From: Phycisphaerales bacterium
GTDB lineage: Bacteria > Planctomycetota > Phycisphaerae > Phycisphaerales > SM1A02
Assembly (NCBI GenBank): GCA_044220875.1
Contig: JBGAQH010000007.1
Location: 31,673 to 95,672, forward strand
Length of the DNA stretch: 64,000 nt
Direction: 5' to 3'
This document shows positions 24,924-33,629 of this stretch, piece by piece. The position numbers and the translations under genes were made by a program. The notes under the pieces were generated by a model. It searched no databases and was not told where the DNA came from. It was given only the letters and a program-made list of their open reading frames with translations. The number at the start of each line of letters is the position of its first letter. The stretch's first letter is position 1.

Positions 24924-27202
24924 CGTTGCCTCCTCAGGGCCGAAAGTTTGATGCGGGGCCGATTCGCCGCCATCGACTCGCCCGTGCCGAACAGGACCGC
25001 CCCCTCCATCGACGCCGCGACCGACGCCCCCACCGCGCAGTCGAACCAGTGGTTGTCGAGGCTCTCGACCCGGAGCTTCCACTCGTCGACCGTCCGCCCG
25101 CGGCCCTGCGTCCGCACGCGGTACTCCGCCAGCAGGTGGTCGGCCAGGAGCCGGTGCGCCGCCGGCGCCCGACCGAAGAGCGAGAGGCAGCCGGGATCGC
25201 CCATCGGCACCGCCAGTCGCGCGTGGATGAAGCTCTTCCAGTAGTTCGTGTCGAAGACCACGTGCCGCACGGAGCGGCGACCCGTGATCGTCGGCACGCG
25301 CCAGTTGAGACCGACGCGATCGCCTCGCTTCCGCCGATAGTCGCTGAATGGAATGCTCGAGGCGCCGACATACCGGCCGTGGCTCGGCATGACGACGCCG
25401 GCGTACTTCGACTGGCGGCAGAACTGGTAGACGACGTCGGTCGACGATCCCCAGTTCGCGTCGATGAGGCAACGGTCGATCCGCACCATCGCGCCGTCGT
25501 CGCGTCGCCACTCGCGGCCGACAGTCGCTTCGATGAGCCGTTCGAGGCCTGCGTAGACAGCCCCCTCGAGTCCGGCGCGAGATGACGCATCCGCCAGGGT
25601 GTGGCGCACATCGCGAAGCGTGAAGTACGGCACCTTCTGGTCGGGCTCGGTGCCGTAGTCGATGACGTAGCCGGTGAAGTCGTCCTCCCACGCCGCGACG
25701 AGCCAGAAGAGAGCCTTGCCCTGCACGTCGACGAACATGGTGAGCCGCGTGCAGCCGATCGGAATCTCGCGTCGGGCGTGGCCGTTGGTCTTCGCGGCGA
25801 TCTCGTCGGCGCTGAGGAGTTCGTCCTCGGCGAGGTTCGCCTCGGGCAGAGGGGCGTTCTGGTACTCGGCCCAGAATGCGGTCTCGCCTTGGAGCCTGAG
25901 GTTCATCGCGTGCTGGACGGCCGACGCCTCATCGTGATTGAAGCGCTCGGCCCAGGCGACCACGGCTCCCTCGTCCATCGCCGCCTGGTGCTCGCGGTAG
26001 AACGCGGTGGCGGCGGCGATCCCTGCGTCCGATCGCAGGCCGTCGGCGCGGAGCTCCGCGTATCGCGCCCACAGTGCCTCGTTCGTCGGGAACGAGTAGA
26101 CCATCTTCGTCCGCTCGCCCTGCCACTGCGGGTGCTTCTCGCGGTCGAGCAGGCGGTCGGCCAGGTCGTCCGGCCGCACGACCGTCAGCGTCATGAGCCC
26201 GGCGATCTTCTTGCCGGGCCCCGCGAGTCCGAGGATCGCGCCCGAGAGGATCCGCTCGCGCGTGTCGCACTGCGATGGGCTCCGTGCCGACTCGTCAGTC
26301 TGCGGGTCGTCGATCAGGACGAGCGACGGACGCACCGCGCCGCCGTCCGGGCGCTTGTACTTCATGCCGCGCACCCGGCCGGTGATGCCGGCGACGCGGA
26401 TGATCGCACCGGCGGCACGCGAGCCATCGATTGAAGGGAGGACGACCTCCCGCGCGGTCCAGCCGATATGCGTCTGCTTGCCGCCATGAAGCTGGCCCGC
26501 TGCCCGTTGGTGGATGCCCTCAAGCCGGCGGATCGGGAAGCACGCCTCGGGGAAGTCGGCGAGGAGCAGCTCGTTGTTCTCGAGTTCCGCCTTGATCGAG
26601 TCGAGCATGCTCGCGGCGTGCTCCTCGTCGCTCCCAATGAGAGCCACGAACTCGCGGTGCCCGTAGAGCATCGCCCAGAGGCACGCTGTCTCGCAGAGCG
26701 ACGTCTTGCCCGATCCTCGGGGCATCGCCATCGCGAAGAGCCCGCCCTCGAGCACGGCCTGCTCGATCTTCGCGATCACCTTCAGGTGGTCGGCTGACCA
26801 CTTCAGGCTGAAGGTCTGCGGGAGGTAGGTCTCGCAGAAGAAGCGGAAGTCCCGTTCGGCCCGCGCCTTCCGGCTGGCGTCCTGGACCTCGGGCAACGCG
26901 CCGATGTCGCGGCCGGACACTGAGAGGAGCGCGTTTCGGAGGCGTGCTCGCTCGCGATGGGCGTCGTATCCGGGGACGCCGCCGGCGTCAGACGCCCTCT
27001 CGGGCGCGTGGCGCTGGTCGAAGAGCCAGGCGATGTAGCGGAGGAGGTTCACGCGATTGGGATCGCCGTCCGCCCCGATGCGGAGACCCGCCCGGGTGCG
27101 GTGCCGGTGCAACTGCCGCTCGCCCACGCATTCGCCCAGCGGGGTCGAATTGAGGAGACGACACGTCTCGCCGATCCGTAGACGACGTACATCAGTCCCC
27201 AC
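24920..27202 (-). CDS. terminase large subunit
   Basis: Walker A AMPRGSGKTSL and Walker B-like SLVLIDDPQTDE. 760 aa. Followed by the portal module. Confidence 0.85.
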   Translation of the reverse strand: MGTDVRRLRIGETCRLLNSTPLGECVGERQLHRHRTRAGLRIGADGDPNRVNLLRYIAWLFDQRHAPERASDAGGVPGYDAHRERARLRNALLSVSGRDIGALPEVQDASRKARAERDFRFFCETYLPQTFSLKWSADHLKVIAKIEQAVLEGGLFAMAMPRGSGKTSLCETACLWAMLYGHREFVALIGSDEEHAASMLDSIKAELENNELLLADFPEACFPIRRLEGIHQRAAGQLHGGKQTHIGWTAREVVLPSIDGSRAAGAIIRVAGITGRVRGMKYKRPDGGAVRPSLVLIDDPQTDESARSPSQCDTRERILSGAILGLAGPGKKIAGLMTLTVVRPDDLADRLLDREKHPQWQGERTKMVYSFPTNEALWARYAELRADGLRSDAGIAAATAFYREHQAAMDEGAVVAWAERFNHDEASAVQHAMNLRLQGETAFWAEYQNAPLPEANLAEDELLSADEIAAKTNGHARREIPIGCTRLTMFVDVQGKALFWLVAAWEDDFTGYVIDYGTEPDQKVPYFTLRDVRHTLADASSRAGLEGAVYAGLERLIEATVGREWRRDDGAMVRIDRCLIDANWGSSTDVVYQFCRQSKYAGVVMPSHGRYVGASSIPFSDYRRKRGDRVGLNWRVPTITGRRSVRHVVFDTNYWKSFIHARLAVPMGDPGCLSLFGRAPAAHRLLADHLLAEYRVRTQGRGRTVDEWKLRVESLDNHWFDCAVGASVAASMEGAVLFGTGESMAANRPRIKLSALRRQR

Positions 27203-27506
27203 GTGAGGCCTCCTGCGCCGCGGCTTGGCGAGCGAGCCACGCCCCGTAGTGGACGAGGTTCATCGTGCCGTCGGCGTTCGTGGGGGCACCCGCTTCGACG
27301 TCGGCGCGCACGCGGTCTGCGGTCGCGTGCTTTGAACCGGACGCGGCCAGCAGCCGCGCGAGGTCCGCGACGTCAAGGGAAGCAGGGCTCTTCTTGGCGG
27401 GAGTCGCCCCAGCATCACGCATGGCGCGCCTCCCGGACCGCGAAGGTCCGCGCCTCGCGGCCGAGTTGCCCACTTCGGGCCCACTGCCGCGAATTGCTCG
27501 CGACAT
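27192..27506 (-). CDS. putative terminase small subunit / DNA-binding protein (start uncertain, alternative ATG at 27422)
   Basis: Overlaps the TerL start by 11 nt. Contains the HTH-like segment LDVADLARLLAASGS. Called by position. Confidence 0.4.
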   Translation of the reverse strand: MSRAIRGSGPEVGNSAARRGPSRSGRRAMRDAGATPAKKSPASLDVADLARLLAASGSKHATADRVRADVEAGAPTNADGTMNLVHYGAWLARQAAAQEASRGD

Positions 27507-27582
27507 CGCCTTGATGCGTCGCGGAGCTCATGCCCTGATGTCCCCACCGATGTGGAGGTTCACATCGAACCAACGGAGAACC

Positions 27583-27948
27583 ATGATGGCAACGCGAAAG
27601 ACGAAGACGACGACAAGCAGCCCGCACGCGACCGAAGTCGACGCACGCCTCGCCCGGATCGCGGCGGCGCGACGCGAGATCACCCGGCTCCTGAACGAGC
27701 TCGGCGAGAAGGTGATGGCGGCAGAGGTCGAGTGCGCGACCGAGTCCGAAGCGCTCCGCAGGCTGGTGCGGGCGGACCGCAGCGGCGCGACGGCGAAGGC
27801 GGTCGCGGACGGGTTCGCCCGCGAGCGGATCGACACCGGAAGCCTCTGCAGCCGACTGAACGACGAGGTGGGGGCCCACGGGCACCGCCCATACCCGCCG
27901 ACCTACGCGGTCGAGAAGCCGCGATGGGCGATCGTCGAGAGCTGCTGA
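27583..27948 (+). CDS. hypothetical phage protein
   Basis: ATG preceded by GGAGAA. First gene of a plus-strand four-gene block. The longer track ORF from 27265 is unsupported. Confidence 0.45.
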   Translation: MMATRKTKTTTSSPHATEVDARLARIAAARREITRLLNELGEKVMAAEVECATESEALRRLVRADRSGATAKAVADGFARERIDTGSLCSRLNDEVGAHGHRPYPPTYAVEKPRWAIVESC

Positions 27949-27972
27949 CCCAGACGAACGGAGCACCAAGCC

Positions 27973-28230
27973 ATGACCACCAACGACCCGACACGAGATG
28001 CGGCCATCCGCGAGATCGCAAAGCGAGAGCTCTTCCTCGAGACGCTCGAGCCAACCATGAGCGGCGCGGACTTCCGCGAGATAGCGGTGTGGATGGCCGA
28101 GACCGCACTGAAGGCGGCCTACGAGGCCGGACGCGAGGCGGGCCGAAAGGCCGAACGCCGGCGACGCACGCCGACGCGGTGCGACTGTCCGGCCTGCGGA
28201 CGACGCATCGACATCATCCCGATCACCTGA
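27973..28230 (+). CDS. hypothetical phage protein
   Basis: 85 aa with C-terminal CDCPACG. Co-directional block. Confidence 0.45.
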   Translation: MTTNDPTRDAAIREIAKRELFLETLEPTMSGADFREIAVWMAETALKAAYEAGREAGRKAERRRRTPTRCDCPACGRRIDIIPIT

Positions 28231-28281
28231 GGCCCGCATCGTGCGGGCCTCGCTGTTTCCAGCACCAGACGGAGATTCACC

Positions 28282-28854
28282 ATGACGAAGAAGACGACCA
28301 AGAGTTCGAACGCCAAGACTACGACCGCCAAGAAGGCTCCCCGCATATCCGCGAGCGCCGCCCGCGCCGAGGGAGCCGCCCGCACGAAGCGGGCGCTCGC
28401 CAGCGCCCAGGCGACCGTTGCCGCGAACCTTAAGGCGATCGCGGCGGCCGATCAGGAGAACGCATCGAAGCGCGACGAGCGTGCCGCGAGTCAGGACGGC
28501 ATGGCGGCGAGCGAGCGGGCGATCGCGAAGCCCGCGAAGGGCGCGAAGGCTCCCAAGGCCCCGAAGGCGATCAAGGCCGCCAAGCCCGCCAAGGAGCGCA
28601 AGGCGAAGCGGGTCAGCGCCCTCGATGCCGCAGCGACCGTCCTCGCCTCGGCGAAGGAGCCGATGCGGACGAAGGACCTGATCGAGCAGATGGCCGCGAA
28701 GGGCCTGTGGACGAGTCCCGGCGGCAAGACCCCCGAAGCCACGCTCTACGCCGCCATCCTGCGTGAGATCGGGACCAAGAAGTCCGAGGCCCGCTTCCGC
28801 AAGGTGGAGCGCGGCCTCTTCGCCGCGACCGCCAGCGCCGGGAAGGGAGCCTGA
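28282..28854 (+). CDS. HARE-HTH domain protein with histone H1-like Lys/Ala-rich N-terminal tail
   Basis: N-terminal [29 protein letters not shown]-terminal [52 protein letters not shown]…FRKVERGLF is a HARE-HTH pattern. Confidence 0.65.
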   Translation: MTKKTTKSSNAKTTTAKKAPRISASAARAEGAARTKRALASAQATVAANLKAIAAADQENASKRDERAASQDGMAASERAIAKPAKGAKAPKAPKAIKAAKPAKERKAKRVSALDAAATVLASAKEPMRTKDLIEQMAAKGLWTSPGGKTPEATLYAAILREIGTKKSEARFRKVERGLFAATASAGKGA

Positions 28855-28857
28855 CCC

Positions 28858-29109
28858 ATGGTCGACCACGATGAGACTGCTCCCCGCGTCCGCACCTCGG
28901 ATGTCGAGGACCTCCTCGCCGGACTCCTCGAGCAGGTCCGCGAGGCCGCCGGTGACGACGACGCCTTCGGCGAGATCGCCGCTTCCTTCGGCGGGATCGA
29001 AGGCGTGGCGTCCTTCCGCGACGCCGGCGTCATGACCCGCGACCGCGGCGTGGTGCTGCGGTGCGCCGACGGGAGCGAGTTCCAAATCACGATCGTCCGA
29101 AGCGACTGA
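28858..29109 (+). CDS. hypothetical phage protein
   Basis: 83 aa, acidic. Starts 4 nt after the upstream stop. Confidence 0.45.
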   Translation: MVDHDETAPRVRTSDVEDLLAGLLEQVREAAGDDDAFGEIAASFGGIEGVASFRDAGVMTRDRGVVLRCADGSEFQITIVRSD

Positions 29110-29130
29110 CCACATCGACGGTTCCCTCCC

Positions 29131-30477
29131 TCAGGCCTCGGCCAGCGCCGGGGCCTTCTCTGCGGCGGGGTCGTCCGCGCCGATGCGGGACGCCTTCGTC
29201 CCGGTGAACTCCTCGAAGCGCCGGACGATGACGTCGCAATAGAGCGGGTCGAGCTCCATGAGGAACGCCTTCCGCCCCGTCTGCTCGGCGGCGATGAGCG
29301 TCGAGCCCGAGCCGCCGAAGAGGTCGAGGATGTTCTCGCCGGGCCGCGACGAGTACTGCATGGCCCGCACCGCGAGCTCGACGGGCTTCTCGGTGAGGTG
29401 GACCATCGACTGCGGGTTCACCTTCTTGACGTGCCAGAGGTCTGTGGCGTTGTTCGGTCCGAGGAAGAGATGCGCCGCGCCCTCGCGCCAGCCGTAGAAG
29501 GCGATCTCGAAGGCGCCCATGAAGTCCTTGCGGGTCAACACCGGATGCTGCTTGTCCCACACGATGCCCTGGCTGAAGTAGAGCGCGTGCTTCTTGAGGT
29601 AGGGCGGATAGTTGCCGAGGTTCGCGTAGCCGCCCCAGATGTAGAACCCGCGGCCGGGCTCGAGCACGCGGGCCATGTTGCCGAACCACGCGTCGAGCAG
29701 CCCATCGAACGCCTCGTCGGTCACGAAGTCGTTGGCGAGCGGGCGGTCCTTCGCGCGAAGCTGCCTGTGTGTCGCCTTCGACTTCTCGGGGTGCCGCGCG
29801 ACATCCATCGACTGATGGTGGGTTGGTTTCGCGGCGCTGAACGACGAGAGGCCGGCGGCGATCGCGTTGTTCGATCGCGGCTCGACCTTCACGTTGTAGG
29901 GCGGGTCGGTGTTGACGAGGTGGATCCGTTCGCTGCCTAGGAGGCGATCAACATCCGCAGGTGACGAGCTGTCGCCGCAGAGGAGGCGATGGTTCCCGAG
30001 GAGCCAGAGGTCGCCCGGTCGCGTCGTGGCCTCGTCCGGCGGTGCGGGGATCGAGTCGGGATCGGTGAGCCCGTCCTTCACGTCGCCGGCGAAGATCTTG
30101 GCGAGCTCGTCCTCGTCGAAGCCGAGCGAGGCGAGGTCGATGTCGAGTTCACGAAGCGCCGCCAGCTCGATCGGCAGGAGGTCCATGTCCCACTCCGCAA
30201 GCTCGGCGGTCTTGTTGTCGGCGATGCGGTAGGCGCGGACCTGCTCGGGCGTGAGATCCTTCGCGACGTGCACCGGCACCTTCGCGAGTCCGAGCTTCTG
30301 TGCCGCCTTGAAGCGGGTGTGCCCGCAGACGATCACGCCGTCGGCATCGACGACGATCGGCTGCCGGAAGCCGTACTCGCGGATCGAGTGGGCCACGGCG
30401 TCAACCGCGTCGTCGTTGATGCGAGGGTTGTGCTCGTAGAGGCGGATGTCGGAGATAGGACGGATGTCGATCTTCAT
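29131..30477 (-). CDS. ParB-like nuclease domain - DNA N6-adenine methyltransferase fusion
   Basis: N-terminal ParB box (NPRINDDAVDAVAHSIREYGFRQPIVV…CGHTRFKAA), then VNTDPPYNV (motif IV) and ILDLFGGSGSTLIAAEQ (motif I). Confidence 0.85.
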   Translation of the reverse strand: MKIDIRPISDIRLYEHNPRINDDAVDAVAHSIREYGFRQPIVVDADGVIVCGHTRFKAAQKLGLAKVPVHVAKDLTPEQVRAYRIADNKTAELAEWDMDLLPIELAALRELDIDLASLGFDEDELAKIFAGDVKDGLTDPDSIPAPPDEATTRPGDLWLLGNHRLLCGDSSSPADVDRLLGSERIHLVNTDPPYNVKVEPRSNNAIAAGLSSFSAAKPTHHQSMDVARHPEKSKATHRQLRAKDRPLANDFVTDEAFDGLLDAWFGNMARVLEPGRGFYIWGGYANLGNYPPYLKKHALYFSQGIVWDKQHPVLTRKDFMGAFEIAFYGWREGAAHLFLGPNNATDLWHVKKVNPQSMVHLTEKPVELAVRAMQYSSRPGENILDLFGGSGSTLIAAEQTGRKAFLMELDPLYCDVIVRRFEEFTGTKASRIGADDPAAEKAPALAEA

Positions 30478-30495
30478 GGGGCCTTTCAGTTGAGG

Positions 30496-30870
30496 TCACC
30501 GCGGCTTCGTTCGAAGCCGATCGATGACCATGTCGAGGTCTCGAATGGAATAGAGCACGCGCCGGCCCATCCGGACGGTGGGGATCGGGCCTTTGGGCGC
30601 GCTCATGGACCAGAGCTTCCGATCGCTGATGTTCAAGCGCTTGGCTGCCTCATGAACCGTGACTAGAACTTGCTCGGGCTTCTGCGGCGGCATGACGCGA
30701 ACGGGTTCCGGTTGGGGCGGCGCGGGTGGATGGTCGACGCGCACGCGCACCTCCTCGCGCGGTCGCGACGCTCGACGAACGGCGATGCCTTCGTCGACGG
30801 CAACGAGGAATTCGATGAAGGACTCAGCCAGGCGAAGCGCGGCCGCCGACTCACGGGGTGTAGGTTTCAT
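30496..30870 (-). CDS. excisionase/MerR-type HTH DNA-binding protein
   Basis: C-terminal VTVHEAAKRLNISDRKLWSM…IPTVRMGRRVLYSIRDLD matches the Xis-family HTH. The start was chosen at MKPTPRES; the longer track ORF is unsupported. Confidence 0.6.
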   Translation of the reverse strand: MKPTPRESAAALRLAESFIEFLVAVDEGIAVRRASRPREEVRVRVDHPPAPPQPEPVRVMPPQKPEQVLVTVHEAAKRLNISDRKLWSMSAPKGPIPTVRMGRRVLYSIRDLDMVIDRLRTKPR

Positions 30871-30995
30871 CCCGGAATCGTCCGCTCGGGCTGTCAGCCC
30901 GGCGCTTCGGCCACGCGCAACAAACTCAGTCGGGAATTGCAGGTGTTCCCGCCGGGATCTCCGACGCCTCATGGCGGCGGAGTACCTACGACGCG

Positions 30996-31155
30996 CTGAA
31001 GGATCTTGAAGGAACTTGCGCGCCGAAGGTCCGGGGATACATGGATTTATCAAGAAGAGAGAGAGTTCCTTCAATCCTTCAACGGCATCCCCGCACGCGT
31101 GACCGCGCCCGCGCACACGTGTACGCGCGCGAAGAGGTTGAAGGATTGAAGGATT
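30996..31155. repeat. iteron-like TGAAGGA(T/A) repeats flanking an AT-rich patch (candidate origin/operator region)
   Basis: Six copies in three pairs: ctgaaggatcttgaaggaac (30996-31015), gttccttcaatccttcaa (31065-31082, inverted) and ttgaaggattgaaggatt (31138-31155). The AT-rich patch atacatggatttatcaagaagagagagag and the palindrome acacgtgt lie between them. Confidence 0.6.
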
Positions 31156-31159
31156 CGGG

Positions 31160-33343
31160 TCAGGCGATCTCATAGACCACCTTTGGCCGCGTGGCCGACG
31201 ATTCGATCTCGTGGCGCATCTGGCCGGTCTCCAAGAGGTTGTCGATGACCTCCTGCCGCTCGCGCTGGGTGAGCCACTGGGTCTTGCGGCATAGTTCAGC
31301 GCGGGAGATCCTTCCACCCGCCTTGCGCACGACGCGCATGACGCGCTTCTGCCTGGCGTCGAAGAGCCCGTCGGCGACCCACTCGTGGGCGACGTGGAGC
31401 ATGCGACGGGTCAGGTAGCGGGAGAGCTCACAGGCCCACCGCGCCGCCTCGGCGTCGATGACGGGCTTCGCGTGGTCGCGTGAGCAGGCGTAGATGAGGG
31501 CGAGGCGACAGGCCTTCTCTTCGGCGCGGGCCCAGAGCGACCTTCCGGCCTCGTCGGGCCTCGCGTACTCGGCGTCGACCGTTGCCGCCAGATCGTCGAA
31601 GACGATGCCGGCGTCGGCGGTGGTCTCGACGACCCTTGGTTCGGGATGCTCGAGCGCGAGGTTGCCTCCCGGCCGAAACGCTCCCCACCATGCGGCGGTG
31701 GCGACGATCGCCTCGGGAACAGGCACGGCCTTCGACCGCTGACGGCCCGGCGTGGCGTAGGCCTCGAAGACGAGCATGCGGGCGATGAACCCGTCGCTCA
31801 GGCTGTCGGCGGTGAGGGACTCGAAGAAGTGCTCGGGGACGGTCGTGCCGTAGACCGAGACGCAGGGTTGGTCGACGACCTTGTTCCGCTTCGGGTCGGC
31901 GTACGCCTTGCCGCGGAAGACGGTGTCGGCGCTCGAGAAGAGCTTCATGAGCGCGGTCAGGACGTTGAAGAGGTGCGGCGCCTTCTTCGGGTCGCCGATC
32001 GTCCTAAGAAAGCGCCCGAACTCGTCGATCTGGAAGAGGATCGACGGCTCGACCTCGACCGCCGCGAGGAGGCCCGCGTCTGAGGCGAGATCCTCGTTGC
32101 CCTCGTGCTCGATCAGGTCGGCTGCGAACAGGACATTCTTGTTGACCTTGCGGGCGTGGTCCTTGCCGGCGCCCGAGGGGGCGATGCCGACGCAGTAGAG
32201 GTTCGTCCTGTTGCCGCGCTCGTCGCGCACCTTGCGGCCGGCGAGCGTGGCTTGGAGGCAGATCGCCGCCGCGAGCGCGAGGACCGGTTGCGGCCTCGTC
32301 GCGGTCGCGAGGTTGTGGCGCATCACGGCATCGATGAAGCCGGGGACGTGCAGGAGCGCTGGCGGGAATGGGCCCGGATCCTCAGGACGGACGATCCGTC
32401 GCGGCTCGTCGTCCGCGTGAGCGGCCGTCGACACGCCGAACCCGGAGAGGTCGACATCGTTCGTCTCCGCCGGCGTCGCATCGCGCAGCCAACCGCGCGG
32501 GCGAGCATGCGGCTTGCTCGCGGCGTCGTCGATCTTGTGCTGCAGCTCGCGGTCGGTCCACGGCGGCACGCAGCGCGGGTTGTAGCGCTGGGCCAGCATG
32601 CGGAGCGCGACGTCGGGGGAGAGGCCGAAGCCGTGGACGAGCGCGGTCGCGGCGGCGAAGGTCCGGCCATGGCCGCCCTGGCCCGAGATCGCCGGCGGCA
32701 TGGCGTCGAGGTAGGCCTCGGCGCGGCGCTCGACGGCGTCGTCGGGGCGGGGTCCCGCCGTGGGCCGCGACGTTGGCCCACGTTCTGCCCGGGCCGCGAG
32801 GTCGCCGTGTCGGCGGGCCACGACGGCGGTGGCCAACGCGGCCACGCGGGCGGCGAGGTCGGCGGCGTCGACCCGGGGCGGGATCCCGTCGAGGTGGTCG
32901 TAGGGTTCGCCGCTCGGGTGCACGCTCGGGCCGATGAGCGTCTGGAGTCCGGTGCTTCGAAGTTCGACGATGCACTTCTCGGTGATCGGGTCGGCATGGC
33001 GGCGCGAGACTGCTCCCTCGGCGATGTACCAGCGGTGCGATCCGGGAGCGCTTGACCGCCCGGTCACGACGGGTGTGCTCGGGAGGTACTTGTCGGCCAG
33101 CTCGCGGGCCTCGTCGGAGTCGAGATCGACGTCGACGAGCCATCCGCTCGGTTCGCCGAGCAGGACGCCGATGTTGCCCGAGCCGTTGAAGTATTGCGGG
33201 AGGTCGGCGGGATCGAGGCGCAGGGCGTTCCAGCCCTTCGCGACCGGCCCCTTGCGGCCCGCCGGGACGGGGATGACCCGCAGGCCTCGAACGGTGTACG
33301 CGAAGGCGGCGTTGAGGAGGCGGTGGTGATGGGTGCTCGTCAC
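31160..33343 (-). CDS. bifunctional primase-polymerase (Prim-Pol) with DUF3987-like helicase region
   Basis: N-terminus RVIPVPAGRKGPVAKGWN…GVLLGEPSGWLVDVDLD…HRWY. Central region GIAPSGAGKDHARKVN. Confidence 0.8.
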   Translation of the reverse strand: MTSTHHHRLLNAAFAYTVRGLRVIPVPAGRKGPVAKGWNALRLDPADLPQYFNGSGNIGVLLGEPSGWLVDVDLDSDEARELADKYLPSTPVVTGRSSAPGSHRWYIAEGAVSRRHADPITEKCIVELRSTGLQTLIGPSVHPSGEPYDHLDGIPPRVDAADLAARVAALATAVVARRHGDLAARAERGPTSRPTAGPRPDDAVERRAEAYLDAMPPAISGQGGHGRTFAAATALVHGFGLSPDVALRMLAQRYNPRCVPPWTDRELQHKIDDAASKPHARPRGWLRDATPAETNDVDLSGFGVSTAAHADDEPRRIVRPEDPGPFPPALLHVPGFIDAVMRHNLATATRPQPVLALAAAICLQATLAGRKVRDERGNRTNLYCVGIAPSGAGKDHARKVNKNVLFAADLIEHEGNEDLASDAGLLAAVEVEPSILFQIDEFGRFLRTIGDPKKAPHLFNVLTALMKLFSSADTVFRGKAYADPKRNKVVDQPCVSVYGTTVPEHFFESLTADSLSDGFIARMLVFEAYATPGRQRSKAVPVPEAIVATAAWWGAFRPGGNLALEHPEPRVVETTADAGIVFDDLAATVDAEYARPDEAGRSLWARAEEKACRLALIYACSRDHAKPVIDAEAARWACELSRYLTRRMLHVAHEWVADGLFDARQKRVMRVVRKAGGRISRAELCRKTQWLTQRERQEVIDNLLETGQMRHEIESSATRPKVVYEIA

Positions 33344-33385
33344 AGGTGCGTCCTCCCCGCGGGCTCGCCGAGTACTCTGCGCGGC

Positions 33386-33622
33386 ATGACCAGCGAATCA
33401 GACAGCGGCACACTCCCCGAACGCGTCGTTGCGACGATCAAGTCGGATCCGAAGCGGGCGCTGTGCGACGATTGCCTCGCGCTCCTCGCGGAGGTCAAGC
33501 AGAGGCAAACCGCCCACACCATCGCGTCGACGCTGGGGCTCACCTCCGACTTCGTGCGTGAGAAGGCCGAGTGCTCCCGTTGCCGGGAGTCGAAGCTCGT
33601 GACGCGCGTCGCTCGTCGTTGA
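33386..33622 (+). CDS. small Cys4 protein, hypothetical
   Basis: 78 aa with CDDC…CSRC. Divergent from the primase start (42-nt gap). Weak support. Confidence 0.35.
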   Translation: MTSESDSGTLPERVVATIKSDPKRALCDDCLALLAEVKQRQTAHTIASTLGLTSDFVREKAECSRCRESKLVTRVARR

Positions 33623-33629
33623 CTGGGCA

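Noticed and set aside
27507-27582. Possible fifth copy of the promoter-like motif upstream of the TerS-like gene (ggagctcatgccctg)
   Set aside because: Only the central GGAGCT-ATGCC words are shared. The CATAG hexamer is disrupted (CATGAG), and there is no GCGCA at the 16-nt position.
27415-29115. 566-aa minus-strand ORF spanning the plus-strand small-gene block
   Set aside because: The translation is R/G/L-rich with no motif. The opposite strand encodes four compact ORFs, one with a clear HARE-HTH domain and Shine-Dalgarno-like sequences.
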